From positions 1 to 50,727 of the forward strand of contig JARFQH010000280.1 in the NCBI GenBank assembly GCA_029287875.1: 50,727 nucleotides of DNA. Reading direction: 5' to 3'. Origin of the DNA: Desulfobacteraceae bacterium. Lineage in GTDB: Bacteria > Desulfobacterota > Desulfobacteria > Desulfobacterales > SG8-13. The notes beneath the pieces are model-generated. The model ran no database searches. It saw only the letters and a program-made list of their open reading frames with translations, and was not told the origin of the DNA. Of the stretch, positions 35,892-46,940 are shown in pieces (positions within the stretch are counted from its first letter, which is position 1; each line of letters starts with the position of its first letter). Both the position numbers and the translations under genes were made by a program.

Positions 35892-38800
35892 TCAACTCAA
35901 AAAATTCATATATTTTTTCAGGAAATGAGCGGTGTGCGAAATTCGTGTTTGGTGCAGGATTTCGGCCGGCGATCCGGTCACCACCACCCGGCCACCGGCA
36001 TCGCCGCCCTCCGGACCCAAATCGATCACGTAGTCGGCCGATTTGATCACCTCCGGATTGTGTTCGATCACCGCCACCGTGTTTCCGCTGTCTACAAGGG
36101 CCTGCAGGACATCCATAAGCCGCCGGATGTCGGCCAGGTGCAGGCCCGTCGTGGGCTCGTCAAGGATAAAAAAAGTGTGACCGCGAGCCGGTTTTGCCAG
36201 CTGTCGCGCCAGCTTCATGCGTTGGGCCTCACCGCCGGAGAGGGTGGGACTGGGCTGGCCCAGCTCCAAATAGCCGAGGCCGATGTCGCATACAAACTGC
36301 AGCGCCTGCCGAATCACGGGTACGGCCGAGAAAAATTGAAGGGCTTCGGCAAAGGTCAGAGCGAACACTTCTGCAATTGACTTGCCCTTGAACCGCACCT
36401 CGAGGGTTTCACGGTTGAAACGGCTGCCGCCGCAGATGTCGCACGGCACATAGACATCGGGCAGAAAACTCATGGCGACCTTGGGATGGCCTTGACCCTT
36501 GCAGGCCTCACAGCGCCCGCCGGCGACGTTGAAGGAAAACCGGCCGGCCTTGTAGCCGCGGGCGCGCGCTTCGGGTGTTCCGGCGAAGAGCCTGCGGATG
36601 TCGTCTAGAAAACCAACATAGGAAGCCGGCACCGAACGCGGCGTACGGCCGATGGGGCTGTGGTCGACTTCCAGCACCCGGCTCAAGTCCTTCCAACCGA
36701 TAATGTCGCGGCAGCCGCCGGCCGGTAGATGTTGCTTTCCGAGACGATTGCGCAGTCCCTTGTACAGTGTTTCCTTCAAGAGTGAAGACTTTCCTGAGCC
36801 GGATACACCGGTTACACAGGTCAGTGTGCCGAGAGGAAAGCGGACGTCGATCTGTTTGAGATTGCGGGCCGACGCGGCTTGCACCACCACGGCCGGCAAC
36901 TCGCGGTAGGGGCGCAGCCGGGCGGAAATCTTTCGCGGGTGCCCGTCGAGGCAGGCGCCGGTGACCGATGACGATGCATTTTTCACGTCATCGAGGCCGC
37001 CGATGACCACCAGGCGGCCGCCTTCCCGCCCGGCACCGGGACCCAGGTCGATGATGGTGTCGGCGGCACGGATGGTCTCCTCGTCGTGCTCCACCACCAG
37101 GATGGAATTGCCACGGTCCCTCAGGGTTTTCAATGCGTCGATCAGAACCTGATTGTCGCGGGGATGCAACCCGATCGTCGGCTCATCGAGGACATAAGTG
37201 ACGCCGGTGAGGTTCGATCCGAGTTGGGTGGCCAGACGAACCCGCTGGGCCTCACCGCCGGACAGGGTTTCTCCGCTGCGTCCCAGGGAGAGGTAGGAAA
37301 GACCGAGTCGGTTGAGGAGATCGAGCCGGATCCTCAGTTCCTGGAGGATCGGATCGGCGATGGGCTTCTGCGGCGCGTCGAAGGTCAGTTCAGCGAGGGC
37401 GCTGGCCAAGCGATCCGCCGGTTCCCGCACCAGGTCCCAGATCGTTTTTCCGCCGACCGTTACCGCCAGAGCCGCCGGATTCAGACGGCTGCCGCCGCAG
37501 GCGCCGCAGACCTCGGCCTCTGTTTCAGGGTCATCGGTTTCGTTTACATCGACGACGCCCAACCCGCTGCACTTCGGGCAGGCTCCCTGGCGGCTGTTGA
37601 ATGAAAACAGCCGGGGATCGAGTTTCACGACGCCGATGCCGCAGGACGGACAGGTGCCGTGGACGCTGAAAATTTCTTCACTGCCTGCCGGATCCCACAC
37701 CATCAGGCTGCCGGAGCCCTCCTCCAAGGCCCGGACGATAAGCCCATCAACCGGCGTCCGCCGATCCGCCAGGGTCCCGACCACCAGGTCAATGGTGTGT
37801 TCGTGGTAGCGACTGAGGCTCATTTTCGGCTGCAGATCTTGCAGCGCGCCATCGATACGGGCGCGCGCATATCCTTTTTTCAGCGCCTGGGCGATTACTT
37901 CCTTATGAAACCCCTTTCGCCCTGAGACTTTGGGAGCCAGTACCAAGAGGGAGCGGCCGCGGTAACGACGGCGGACTTCGGCCGTGATATCTTCGGCCGA
38001 TCGGGCCGTCAATTGACGGCCACAACCCGGGCAATGCTGCGTGCCGAGTTTGCTGAACAGCAGCCGCAGGAAATGATAGACTTCTGTCAGGGTGGCGACC
38101 GTTGAACGGCGGCTGGCGTAGCTGACGCGCTGCTCGATGGCAACGGTGGGAGAAAGCCCGGAAACCAGATCGACATCGGGTCGCTCCAACACCTTTACGT
38201 ATTGGCGAACATAAGGCGCGAGGCTTTCGAGGTAGCGCCGCTGACCCTCGGCAAACAGGATGTCGAAAGCCAGAGTCGATTTGCCGGATCCGGACACCCC
38301 GGTCAGAACCACGAGCTGATTGTGCGGAATCAAGAGGTCGAGGTCTTTGAGATTGTGTTCGCGGGCACCCTTAAGAGAGATGACGCCTGCGTCGCTCTGG
38401 GGCACAAAATCGGCTGCCGGTTCACCGATCCGCGGGACGTGAGGGTCTGCTTTGAGGCGTCCGCGGCCTGCCAGATAGTGCTGCAGGTATCGTCCGGTGT
38501 GGGAGCCGCTATGTGCCGCAACCTTTTCGGGCGGTCCGGCCGCCACGACCCGGCCGCCGCCGTTCCCTCCTTCCGGGCCTAAGTCGACGACCCAGTCTGC
38601 GGTTTTGATCACATCCATGTTGTGTTCGATCACCAGGACGGTGTTGCCTTCGTTCACCAGACGCTGGAGGGCCTGAAGCAGGGTGGCGATGTCTTCGAAG
38701 TGCAGACCCGTGGTCGGTTCGTCGAAGATAAACAGCCGCCCGGTTCCGGCATCGTGTTTGAGGTACCGGGAGAGCTTGAGGCGCTGGGCTTCGCCGCCCG

Positions 38801-41228
38801 AAAAAGTGTTGATCGGCTGCCCGAGACGGATGTATCCCAACCCGACATCGGCCAGTGGTTGGAGGGCTTCACGGATGGCGACATGGCGCTTCGACGGCCG
38901 ATCGAAAAACTGCAGGGCCGCGTCGACTGTCATGGCAAGAAAGTCATCGATGCTGCGGTCGCGATAGGTGACGGCCAGGATTTCGGGTTTGAACCGCCGG
39001 CCGTTGCATTGCGGGCATGAGATGAAAACGTCCGATAGAAATTGCATCTCCACCTTTTCGTACCCGTCTCCTTTACAGGCCTCACAGCGTCCGCCTTCGA
39101 CGTTGAACGAAAAGTGGCGCGGTTCGAATCCCTTTTCGCGCGCGGCAGGCGTAGCGGCCAACAGATGGCGGATCGGATCGAGGGCTTTAGTGTAGGTCAA
39201 TGCATTTGCCCGTGGCGTCCGCCCGATAGGGCGCTGATCCACCAGGATGATCTCGGTGAGGTTTTCCAATCCGGAGATCGACCGATGGCTGCCGGGCCGG
39301 GCCTCGGCCGCCCCCAGAAAGCGGCTGGCGGCGCGGTAGAGAATTTCCTCGGCCAGGGTCGATTTGCCGGATCCGGATACTCCCGTCAGGCAAACGAAAA
39401 GGTCGAGAGGGATGCGAACATCGATCGATTTCAGATTGTTGGCCGCGGCGCCCTTGACGGTGATCCACCGGCCGCGTTGAGGCCGGCGGCGGTCTTGCGG
39501 CAGGGGGATGCGCCGCAGCCCTTTCAGATACTGTCCGGTCAGCGAACCGTCGACCCCGGCGGTGGGGCCGGAGTACATGACCCGGCCGCCCTGTTCACCG
39601 GCGCCGGGCCCGAGGTCAATCAAGTAGTCGCTTTCGCGGATAATCTCCGGATCGTGCTCGACCACGACAATCGTGTTGGACCGGTCCCGCAGGTCTTTGA
39701 GGATGCGCGCCAGGCGGTGTGTGTCGCTGGGATGCAGGCCGATACTCGGTTCGTCCAGGATATAGAGGGTATTGACCAGGGCGGCACCAAGGGACGAGGC
39801 CAAAGCGACCCGCTGCACCTCGCCGCCGGAGAGGGTCCGGGACTGGCGGTCGAGGGTCAGGTAGGCCAGTCCAACGTCTTGGAGGTATTTCAAGCGGTTG
39901 TTGACTTCTTGCAGGATCATCTGACCGGCTTCATCACCCTCGGGCAGCTCAAGGTCATTGAAAAAGGCGGCCGCTGCGGTCACATCCATCGCATAGATTT
40001 GGGCAATGGTGCAGTCGGCTAAGCGGTAGAGGAGAGTTTCGGCCTTGAAGCGCGTGCCCTTGCAATCCTGGCAAGCGTCGTAGCTCCGATAGCGCGACAG
40101 AAACACGCGCACGGGCATTTTATAGGTTTTAGTCTCCAGCCACTTAAAAAAACCTCTGATGCCGTAGTAGTCTTCGGTTCCTTCGATGACGAACCGTTTT
40201 TGGGATTCGTTCAGGCGCTGGAAGGGAATGTCGCTCGGAATCTTGCGTTCGCGACAGAAGTCGATCAGCTCATCGTATTCGTGACGCGGGTTCGAGGGGT
40301 TGCCCCAGGGTTTCACGGCCCCTTCGGCGATAGAGAGACCCGGTTCGGGTATGACCAGGTCCAGGTCGATGTCGATGGTGCGGCCGAAGCCGCGGCAGGT
40401 CTCACACGCACCGATGGGGCTATTGAAGGAAAACAGGTTGGGCTGGGGCGACGTGTAGTGTGTTCCGCAGTAGGCGCATTCCAGCCTGCTGCTGACGGTC
40501 AGGTGCTTTTGGCGATTGATCCAGATATCCACCTGTCCGCCACCGAACCGGAACCCCAATTCGGCCGAGTCGATAACGCGATTGCGGTCATCGGGCCGCA
40601 GCAGAATACGGTCGACCAGAACGGGCAGGGCTTCCGCGTCATCCTTCGACTGCCACTCAGTCGTCTCTCGAATTTCATTGCCGTCGAACCAACGGTCGAA
40701 GCCGATCCGTGCCAGTTCGGCCCGGATGTGCTTGGCCGACACCGCTTCTGTTGGATAAGGAAACGTCAGAATCACCTCCGCACCGGCCGGTTGCGCCCGC
40801 ACAAGCTGCCACACGTTTTCCGGTGTTTCCGCGAGTACCGGCCGACCGCACTCTTTGCAGTGCAGTTGCCCGAGACGGGCAAAGAGAAGCTTCACGTAAT
40901 CGGTGATTTCCGTCATGGTGCCCACGGTCGAGCGGGAGGTGCGCACCGGGTCTTTGCGGTCAATGGCAATCGCCGGCGGGATCCCCTCGATCTTGTCCAC
41001 CTGCGGCCGGTCCATACGGTCCATGAACTGTCGGGCGTAAGGCGAAAACGTCTCGACATATCGCCGTTGGCCTTCGGCGTAAAGGGTATCGAACGCCAGG
41101 GAGGATTTGCCTGAGCCGCTGACACCGGTGACGACGGTGATCCGGTTGAGAGGGATCTGAAGATCGAGGTTCTTCAGGTTGTTCTGACGAGCCCCGCGGA
41201 TGTTGATGATATGTTTTTGGTGCATCAT
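35892..41228 (-). CDS. uvrA: Double-length excinuclease ABC subunit A (two fused UvrA units)
   Basis: Starts [29 protein letters not shown] occurs four times, EGQRRY twice, (L/F)SGGE four times, with multiple CxxC fingers; about 1778 aa. Confidence 0.95.
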   Translation of the reverse strand: MMHQKHIINIRGARQNNLKNLDLQIPLNRITVVTGVSGSGKSSLAFDTLYAEGQRRYVETFSPYARQFMDRMDRPQVDKIEGIPPAIAIDRKDPVRTSRSTVGTMTEITDYVKLLFARLGQLHCKECGRPVLAETPENVWQLVRAQPAGAEVILTFPYPTEAVSAKHIRAELARIGFDRWFDGNEIRETTEWQSKDDAEALPVLVDRILLRPDDRNRVIDSAELGFRFGGGQVDIWINRQKHLTVSSRLECAYCGTHYTSPQPNLFSFNSPIGACETCRGFGRTIDIDLDLVIPEPGLSIAEGAVKPWGNPSNPRHEYDELIDFCRERKIPSDIPFQRLNESQKRFVIEGTEDYYGIRGFFKWLETKTYKMPVRVFLSRYRSYDACQDCKGTRFKAETLLYRLADCTIAQIYAMDVTAAAAFFNDLELPEGDEAGQMILQEVNNRLKYLQDVGLAYLTLDRQSRTLSGGEVQRVALASSLGAALVNTLYILDEPSIGLHPSDTHRLARILKDLRDRSNTIVVVEHDPEIIRESDYLIDLGPGAGEQGGRVMYSGPTAGVDGSLTGQYLKGLRRIPLPQDRRRPQRGRWITVKGAAANNLKSIDVRIPLDLFVCLTGVSGSGKSTLAEEILYRAASRFLGAAEARPGSHRSISGLENLTEIILVDQRPIGRTPRANALTYTKALDPIRHLLAATPAAREKGFEPRHFSFNVEGGRCEACKGDGYEKVEMQFLSDVFISCPQCNGRRFKPEILAVTYRDRSIDDFLAMTVDAALQFFDRPSKRHVAIREALQPLADVGLGYIRLGQPINTFSGGEAQRLKLSRYLKHDAGTGRLFIFDEPTTGLHFEDIATLLQALQRLVNEGNTVLVIEHNMDVIKTADWVVDLGPEGGNGGGRVVAAGPPEKVAAHSGSHTGRYLQHYLAGRGRLKADPHVPRIGEPAADFVPQSDAGVISLKGAREHNLKDLDLLIPHNQLVVLTGVSGSGKSTLAFDILFAEGQRRYLESLAPYVRQYVKVLERPDVDLVSGLSPTVAIEQRVSYASRRSTVATLTEVYHFLRLLFSKLGTQHCPGCGRQLTARSAEDITAEVRRRYRGRSLLVLAPKVSGRKGFHKEVIAQALKKGYARARIDGALQDLQPKMSLSRYHEHTIDLVVGTLADRRTPVDGLIVRALEEGSGSLMVWDPAGSEEIFSVHGTCPSCGIGVVKLDPRLFSFNSRQGACPKCSGLGVVDVNETDDPETEAEVCGACGGSRLNPAALAVTVGGKTIWDLVREPADRLASALAELTFDAPQKPIADPILQELRIRLDLLNRLGLSYLSLGRSGETLSGGEAQRVRLATQLGSNLTGVTYVLDEPTIGLHPRDNQVLIDALKTLRDRGNSILVVEHDEETIRAADTIIDLGPGAGREGGRLVVIGGLDDVKNASSSVTGACLDGHPRKISARLRPYRELPAVVVQAASARNLKQIDVRFPLGTLTCVTGVSGSGKSSLLKETLYKGLRNRLGKQHLPAGGCRDIIGWKDLSRVLEVDHSPIGRTPRSVPASYVGFLDDIRRLFAGTPEARARGYKAGRFSFNVAGGRCEACKGQGHPKVAMSFLPDVYVPCDICGGSRFNRETLEVRFKGKSIAEVFALTFAEALQFFSAVPVIRQALQFVCDIGLGYLELGQPSPTLSGGEAQRMKLARQLAKPARGHTFFILDEPTTGLHLADIRRLMDVLQALVDSGNTVAVIEHNPEVIKSADYVIDLGPEGGDAGGRVVVTGSPAEILHQTRISHTAHFLKKYMNFLS

Positions 41229-41358
41229 TAAATGATAAGCATTCGGCGTGTGGAATAAAGATCCCGTCTTCGATACGATGCGGGGAAAGGGCAGAGGTGG
41301 AGCGTCTGCCCGATGCAGCGGAAAAGCGGGCAGACGCCGATAATGACGTGGGAAAAGT

Positions 41359-43092
41359 CTATTTTTTGATGCTGCGCGGGAGCAGCATCTGGTGCTGAGG
41401 GCAGATCGACCGCGGGTTCTGGTAGGCGGCACCGGCAAAGGCGATCAAATACCGGCGGATTTCGGTCATGGCGGCGACCTGGTCCACGAATCCCTTGCGG
41501 GCACAGTAGACAGGGCGTGAATTGTCGTAGTATTCCCGGACCATTTTGTTCATGTTCTCGATAACCTGGTCCAAGGGGCGACCGGCGTCTTTTTCTTTCA
41601 CCAGCCGCCGCGAGAAACTGGCGGCGGCGGCAGTTTCGCCGTGCATGACGTAGATTTCGGTAGTGGCGACCCCGAGGGTGAAGGCGTTGTGGCGGTTGGC
41701 CGTGGACCCGCCCATGACGTAGTGCGCGGCCGCGGTCCCCTTGCGTAGGACCACCAGCATCATCGGCACGTCGGTCTGCTGAATCGAGTAGATCAGGGAC
41801 TGTCCCAGCCCGAGCAGTTCAGCCTTTTCGGCCAAATCGCCGACGTCGATGCCGGAGGTGTCCTGAATCCATATAATCGGAACCCGGTCGCGCCCGCAAA
41901 GGGTCACGAACTCATTCATCTTGATCAGCCCCTGACGGTAGAGTTTGCCGCCGATGCCCGGATAGGGCGCATACTCCGGATAGTCCTCCCCCAGATATCC
42001 CTGGCGGTTGCCGATGAACCCCACCAGAAAGCCGTCCACCTTGCACAGACCGGTGTAGACTTCAGGGCCGTAATCCGGGCGGTATTCCATGTGTTCGCTG
42101 CCGTCCACCAGGCGAGACAGAACCTCGTCGAAATCGTACATCTGTTTCTGGTTGAAGGGCACCAGGCTGTAGAGGTCCTCGCCCGCAAAACGGGGGGGCT
42201 TGGGATCGGCCACCCGGAAAAATTTCGGGTTATAGGCCGGCATATCCCCCATGTAGTCCTTGATGCCGTCGAGCACCTGAGTCTCATCGTCGTAAACGTA
42301 TCGGAAAAAACCGGTTTCATCGTAGTGGATCCTGGTCGAGCCGGGCGGCTCTTCCTTGTACTGCTTGGCGGCCTTGATCAGCTGTTCGGCGCCTTCCAGA
42401 TCGAAGGAGCCCTTAGGAGACATTCCGCTCAGGATGCCGCCGCCCCCGACGGCGATATTGCTGTCTTTGTGGGCAAACAGGATGGTGGGGCTGATGCCCT
42501 GGTAGCCGCCGCCGGCCGGGTTGGTCCCGTAAATGGCGGCCAGGATCGGAATCCCCATCTGCTCCAGTTCGGCGTGGCGAAAGAAGGTGGTACCGCCGCC
42601 GCGCCGGTTGGCATAGAATTTTTCCTGCTCGGTGAGCTTGACACCGCTGCAGTTGACCAGCCAGACCAGCGGCAGATTCAGGCGCTTGGACAGATCGGTG
42701 ACCCGCAGGATGTTTTCATACTGACCGGGCACCCAGGCACCGGCAAAGACTTTGTTGTCGAAACCGATGATCACGGCCCATTTGCCGGAGATCTTCCCCA
42801 GGCCGTCGATGACGTTGCTGGTGCCTTCGGCGTTGTCTGCGGGATTGTAAAGCGTATGCAGCGGACACCAGGTCCCGGGGTCCACGAGATAGCGGAGGCG
42901 CTGCCAGATGGTCATCTGGCCCCGGGCGTTGATTTTTTCTTCCGGCAACCCGACATTTTTGACTTTTTCGACCTCTTTGCGGATTTCTTCCTCGACGTCC
43001 TTGATTTTCTTGACGTTTTCCTGGTTGCTTTTGATCTGTCCCGGACTCAGATCGGTGCCGAAGTCCTTCATTTTTTCGAAGTAAGGTCTCAT
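41359..43092 (-). CDS. gcdA: Glutaconyl-CoA decarboxylase alpha subunit (carboxyltransferase)
   Basis: [90 protein letters not shown]. Confidence 0.9.
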   Translation of the reverse strand: MRPYFEKMKDFGTDLSPGQIKSNQENVKKIKDVEEEIRKEVEKVKNVGLPEEKINARGQMTIWQRLRYLVDPGTWCPLHTLYNPADNAEGTSNVIDGLGKISGKWAVIIGFDNKVFAGAWVPGQYENILRVTDLSKRLNLPLVWLVNCSGVKLTEQEKFYANRRGGGTTFFRHAELEQMGIPILAAIYGTNPAGGGYQGISPTILFAHKDSNIAVGGGGILSGMSPKGSFDLEGAEQLIKAAKQYKEEPPGSTRIHYDETGFFRYVYDDETQVLDGIKDYMGDMPAYNPKFFRVADPKPPRFAGEDLYSLVPFNQKQMYDFDEVLSRLVDGSEHMEYRPDYGPEVYTGLCKVDGFLVGFIGNRQGYLGEDYPEYAPYPGIGGKLYRQGLIKMNEFVTLCGRDRVPIIWIQDTSGIDVGDLAEKAELLGLGQSLIYSIQQTDVPMMLVVLRKGTAAAHYVMGGSTANRHNAFTLGVATTEIYVMHGETAAAASFSRRLVKEKDAGRPLDQVIENMNKMVREYYDNSRPVYCARKGFVDQVAAMTEIRRYLIAFAGAAYQNPRSICPQHQMLLPRSIKK

Positions 43093-43122
43093 GATGTCTC
43101 GCTCCCGGTTTCGTCAGCGGTT

Positions 43123-43521
43123 TTATCCGTTCTGCTCGATCGGCCACAGCCCTTTTTCTTTCAGGACCGACCGTAGCGTCTTCAGGGCGGTGTTGACCGT
43201 GGGGATACCCGCGTAGGTGAAGGTCTGGAAGATCGCTTCCGCGATGTCCTCCACAGGGCACCCCACATTCAGAGCGGCCTGGATGTGGAGCCGGAGCTCT
43301 TCCGGGCGGTCGAGGACCGTCAGGACGGCGATGGTGATCAACTGCCGCGTCTGATGGGGGACCATTTCGCGAGCGTACAGTCTCCCCGTGATAAACAGCG
43401 ACAGTTCCCGGCCCAGTTCCTTATCAAAGGCCTGCCAGAGCTCAAAGGGTTTTTCTTCCGTAACGCCCTTGAAGTAAAGCGCGGCGGTGTTTTTTGTTTT
43501 TTCGATCAATTCCTTATCCAA
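43123..43521 (-). CDS. Carboxymuconolactone decarboxylase (CMD/AhpD-like) family protein
   Basis: LYARE...RQLITIAVLTVL...ELRLHIQAALNVG...EAIFQ..YAGIP. Likely TTG start at 43521 behind AAGGAG (alternative ATG at 43551). Confidence 0.85.
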   Translation of the reverse strand: MDKELIEKTKNTAALYFKGVTEEKPFELWQAFDKELGRELSLFITGRLYAREMVPHQTRQLITIAVLTVLDRPEELRLHIQAALNVGCPVEDIAEAIFQTFTYAGIPTVNTALKTLRSVLKEKGLWPIEQNG

Positions 43522-43573
43522 TGGCCGCAGTCTCCTTTTTACCGGTTCCATCTCGGTCGCTGAAAGGCGACCC

Positions 43574-44743
43574 TCAGCGGTTCGCCTTGCGGATGCCCAG
43601 TTGGTCCAGAGCGATGATCCATTTGCAGATGTTGGCCGATCCCTCGACCATCGTGTAAGTGGGGGTATCGCGGTAGAACCGGGCGACCGGATATTCAGTT
43701 GAATATCCGTAGGCCCCGAAAATCCGCATGGCGTAGTTGGCGCACTTTGTGACCACTTCGCCGGCAAAATACTTGGCCTGGGCCACGTCCAGGCCGTTGT
43801 TGAGACGGCCCTGATCCTTGGCCCATGCGGCCTTGTAGACCAAGAGACGGGCGGCTTCTATTTCAGCCGACATCTGGGCAATCATGTCCTGGTTCATCTG
43901 AAACTCGCCGATGGGTTTGCCGAACTGTTTGCGCTCGCGGCAATATTTTACAGACGCGTCGAGGCAGGCCTGAGCCACGCCGACCGCCCCCGCCGCGGCC
44001 GATAATCGGGTCTGGTTCAGAGAGCTGAAGACAATTTTAGCCCCGTCTCCGGGTTGCCCGAGGATGTTTTCCTTGGGGACGCGGGTGTTGGTCAGAAAGA
44101 TTTCGCCGGACGGTGAACTGTGCGACCCCATTTTTTCGAGGGCGGTGGTTCTGACGCCATTGAAATTCTTCAACTCGACCACGAAAGCCGACAATCCTTT
44201 GGAGCCCTTTTCGCGATCCGTGTAGGCATAGTAAAGGATCACATCGGCGATGTTGGCATTGGAAATCCAGGTCTTTGAACCGTTCAACAGCCAGTGGTCG
44301 CCCTTGTCTTCGGCCGTGGACTGCATCGACATCACATCTGATCCGGCGTCCGGCTCGGTGATGCCGAATCCGCCGATGTATTCGGCATTGACCAGTTTGG
44401 ATATATATTTCTGTTTGACAGCGTCGGCGCCGTAACGATAAATAGTGTAGGCACATCCAAGGGTCTGCATGTTGACTTGAACCCTCAGGGAGCTGGACGC
44501 CCGCGCAATTTCTTCGGTGACGATCATGGCCGCCAGCCAACCGGCGTCCATTCCTTCCCCATCATACTCTTCCGGAATGACCGTGCCGAAAAAGCCGAGT
44601 TCGGCTATCGGTCTGATGGCCTCTTTGTAGGGGAAATAATGCTTGGCATCCCACTCGTCGGCATAGGGAGCGATTTTTTTATCGGCGAACTCACGGATCG
44701 CTTTTCTCAGCATTTCAAGTTCTTTGGTCAACGCAAAATGCAT
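43574..44743 (-). CDS. acd: Glutaryl-CoA dehydrogenase, non-decarboxylating
   Basis: Acyl-CoA dehydrogenase fold: GWLAAMIVTEEIAR, GGFGITEPDAGSDV, YTMVEGSANICK, ALDQLGIRKANR. Closely resembles the Desulfococcus multivorans enzyme as recalled (MVEG rather than TYEG); same operon as gcdA. Confidence 0.88.
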   Translation of the reverse strand: MHFALTKELEMLRKAIREFADKKIAPYADEWDAKHYFPYKEAIRPIAELGFFGTVIPEEYDGEGMDAGWLAAMIVTEEIARASSSLRVQVNMQTLGCAYTIYRYGADAVKQKYISKLVNAEYIGGFGITEPDAGSDVMSMQSTAEDKGDHWLLNGSKTWISNANIADVILYYAYTDREKGSKGLSAFVVELKNFNGVRTTALEKMGSHSSPSGEIFLTNTRVPKENILGQPGDGAKIVFSSLNQTRLSAAAGAVGVAQACLDASVKYCRERKQFGKPIGEFQMNQDMIAQMSAEIEAARLLVYKAAWAKDQGRLNNGLDVAQAKYFAGEVVTKCANYAMRIFGAYGYSTEYPVARFYRDTPTYTMVEGSANICKWIIALDQLGIRKANR

Positions 44744-44883
44744 CTAATGTCCTCCTCTACAATTGGGTCGGCACGATTATTAAAAGCCGCGCTGTAGTGT
44801 CTCGTCACACATATATTATCTTGTCCATTGTCGACCGCTGCTCGATATTTCAAGCCTGGGTATCAGCACCGCAGAGCGCTCAA

Positions 44884-44921
44884 ATAGCTACCATATAGCT
44901 ATACCGCAACCGCAATGTCAA
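44884..44921 (-). promoter_or_regulatory. acd promoter with an overlapping palindromic operator
   Basis: Minus strand TTGACA (44921-16), N18, TATATG (44897-92). ATAGCTA-N5-TAGCTAT (44884-44902) spans the -10. Confidence 0.55.
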
Positions 44922-45137
44922 GCGCTTTTAAACCGATGCCCGTTGAGGCTTCGGGTGTTCGGGTCGCCTTTTCTTAAGCGGGGGCCATCCTTCGTCGGTC
45001 CGGCCGAGAAAACAAAACCGCTTGACAATCCGGTCAAACTGGATTGAGATCTTTTACCGGGAAATTTTTTGCAGTCGCGGGAGTGAATCTGGACATCCCT
45101 TACACTACGGTGGCGTTTTTATATCAAGGACCGTCAG

Positions 45138-46115
45138 ATGCACAGCGATCAAAACAAGGTCATGGATCTGAGCACGGCCATCCGGCGCTTTGTCAATGTC
45201 GGCGCGCACATTTCGATCGGCGGTTTTACCCTCAACCGCAACCCGATGGCGGCGGTGTATGAAATCATCCGTCAACGCATCACGGGGCTCCATGTCTATG
45301 CACACTCCAACGGTCAGGGCGTGGATGAACTGGTCGGCGCCGGCTGCGTATCCCGGCTGGAGATCGCCTATGCCGGCAGCGGTCGCTTTGCACCGACCTG
45401 CATTCGGTTCCGGAAAGCCGTTGAAAACCGATCGCTTACTGTGGAGGACTACTCCAACTACCAGATGACGCTGCGGTTCATGGCCGGTTCCATGGGGGTT
45501 CCCTTCCTGCCGACGCGCTCGGGACTCGGCACCAGCATCATCGACAAATGGGGGTTTCCGGCCGAACTGAGAAGAACCGATCCCAAGATTCCGAATCAAA
45601 AACTGGTCGTTATGGACAACCCGCTCGACGGCTGGGGTGATGCCGCCCGGGTCGTTCTGGTACCGGCCATCAACCCGGACGTGACCATCCTGCACGCTCA
45701 GAAGGCCGATGCTCAGGGCACGGTCCGCATCGAAGGACTTACATTCGCCGATGTCGAGCAGGCCAAAGCCGCGCGACGTTTAATCGTGACCTGCGAAGAG
45801 CTGGTTGCGGTCGATGTTTTGAGGGCGGCACCCGATCAGAACCAAATCCCTTTTTTTTGTGTCGATGCGGTCGTGCCGGTTCCCTGGGGCGCGTTTCCCA
45901 CCGCCTGCTACCGGTATTACGATTACGACCCCGTCTATTTCAACCAATACCGTCAAGCGGCAATGGACGACGAGCGGTATCGGACGTATTTGGAGATGTT
46001 TGTGTACGGCGTTCCGGATCACCAAACACTGATCGAGAAGGTCGGCCCTCGGCGGCTCGATGCCATCAAGGCCGACCCGCGGACCGGTTATGCGATCAAT
46101 CTTGATCGCCGTTAA
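45138..46115 (+). CDS. CoA transferase subunit A (glutaconate CoA-transferase-like)
   Basis: GGFTLNRNPMA..EIIRQ, EDYSNYQMTLRFMAGSMGVPFLP.RS.LG, VPAINPDV.ILHAQKAD, VDAVVPVPWGAFPT.C. Confidence 0.88.
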   Translation: MHSDQNKVMDLSTAIRRFVNVGAHISIGGFTLNRNPMAAVYEIIRQRITGLHVYAHSNGQGVDELVGAGCVSRLEIAYAGSGRFAPTCIRFRKAVENRSLTVEDYSNYQMTLRFMAGSMGVPFLPTRSGLGTSIIDKWGFPAELRRTDPKIPNQKLVVMDNPLDGWGDAARVVLVPAINPDVTILHAQKADAQGTVRIEGLTFADVEQAKAARRLIVTCEELVAVDVLRAAPDQNQIPFFCVDAVVPVPWGAFPTACYRYYDYDPVYFNQYRQAAMDDERYRTYLEMFVYGVPDHQTLIEKVGPRRLDAIKADPRTGYAINLDRR

Positions 46116-46144
46116 GCGTTGGAGTGACGGGAGTTATTCGAGCT

Positions 46145-46912
46145 ATGGCAGAGTATACCCTGCGCGAAATGATGGCGATAGCCGCGGCGCGACAGATTCG
46201 TGACAAAGACATCGTTTTTTGCGGCACCGGGATTTCGATGCTGGCCGCCATGGCGGCCAAACACATCAGCGCCCCAGACAGCGTGATTTTTTTCGAGACC
46301 GGCGCCATCGATTCACTGCTGGCGGAGGTTCCCATGGCGGTGGCCGACCCACGCGTCATGCACTGGACGTCGGTCAACGGCAGCCTGGCGGACGCCTTTG
46401 CCTTTATGCAGAATCCGACCACCGGCCGGCAGGTCGTCGGCATCATGGGGGCCGCTCAGATCGACCGCTACGGCAATTTGAATTCAACGGTCATCGGCGA
46501 CTATTTTCGTCCCCGGGTTCGATTTTCCGGCAGCGGCGGCGCCTGTGACGTGGCCTCCTTTGTCGGCCGCACCATCATTTTCATGCATCACGAAAAGCGC
46601 AAGTTCGTCAATCGCCTGGATTACCTGACCAGTCCGGGCTGGCTCCAGGGGGCCGGTATGAGGGAACAGGCCGGGCTTGCGGCGGGTGGTCCGGCGGTGG
46701 TGATCACTAACATGGCGGTAATGGCCTTCGACGACACCACGCGGGAGATGTATCTGATGGCGGTATTTCCCGGCATTTCGCCGGCGCAGGTGCTCGATCA
46801 CATGGAATTTGAGGTGGACATTTCGCGGGCGCAGACTTTTCCACCGCCTTCAGCCGCAGAGTTGGCCATTCTGAGGGAAAAATGCGACCCTCAGCGGCTG
46901 ATACTCGGATAA
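46145..46912 (+). CDS. CoA transferase subunit B (glutaconate CoA-transferase-like)
   Basis: EMMAIAAARQI, VFCGTG, FETG (candidate catalytic Glu), AQIDRYGNLNST, GSGGACD, LDYLTSPG. Confidence 0.88.
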   Translation: MAEYTLREMMAIAAARQIRDKDIVFCGTGISMLAAMAAKHISAPDSVIFFETGAIDSLLAEVPMAVADPRVMHWTSVNGSLADAFAFMQNPTTGRQVVGIMGAAQIDRYGNLNSTVIGDYFRPRVRFSGSGGACDVASFVGRTIIFMHHEKRKFVNRLDYLTSPGWLQGAGMREQAGLAAGGPAVVITNMAVMAFDDTTREMYLMAVFPGISPAQVLDHMEFEVDISRAQTFPPPSAAELAILREKCDPQRLILG

Positions 46913-46940
46913 ATACGGCGCGAGCTTGCTCGTGCCCACC

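Noticed and set aside
41229-41438. 70-aa N-terminal extension of UvrA overlapping gcdA
   Set aside because: UvrA homology begins at [14 protein letters not shown] (41228); the extension crosses an intergenic hairpin region.
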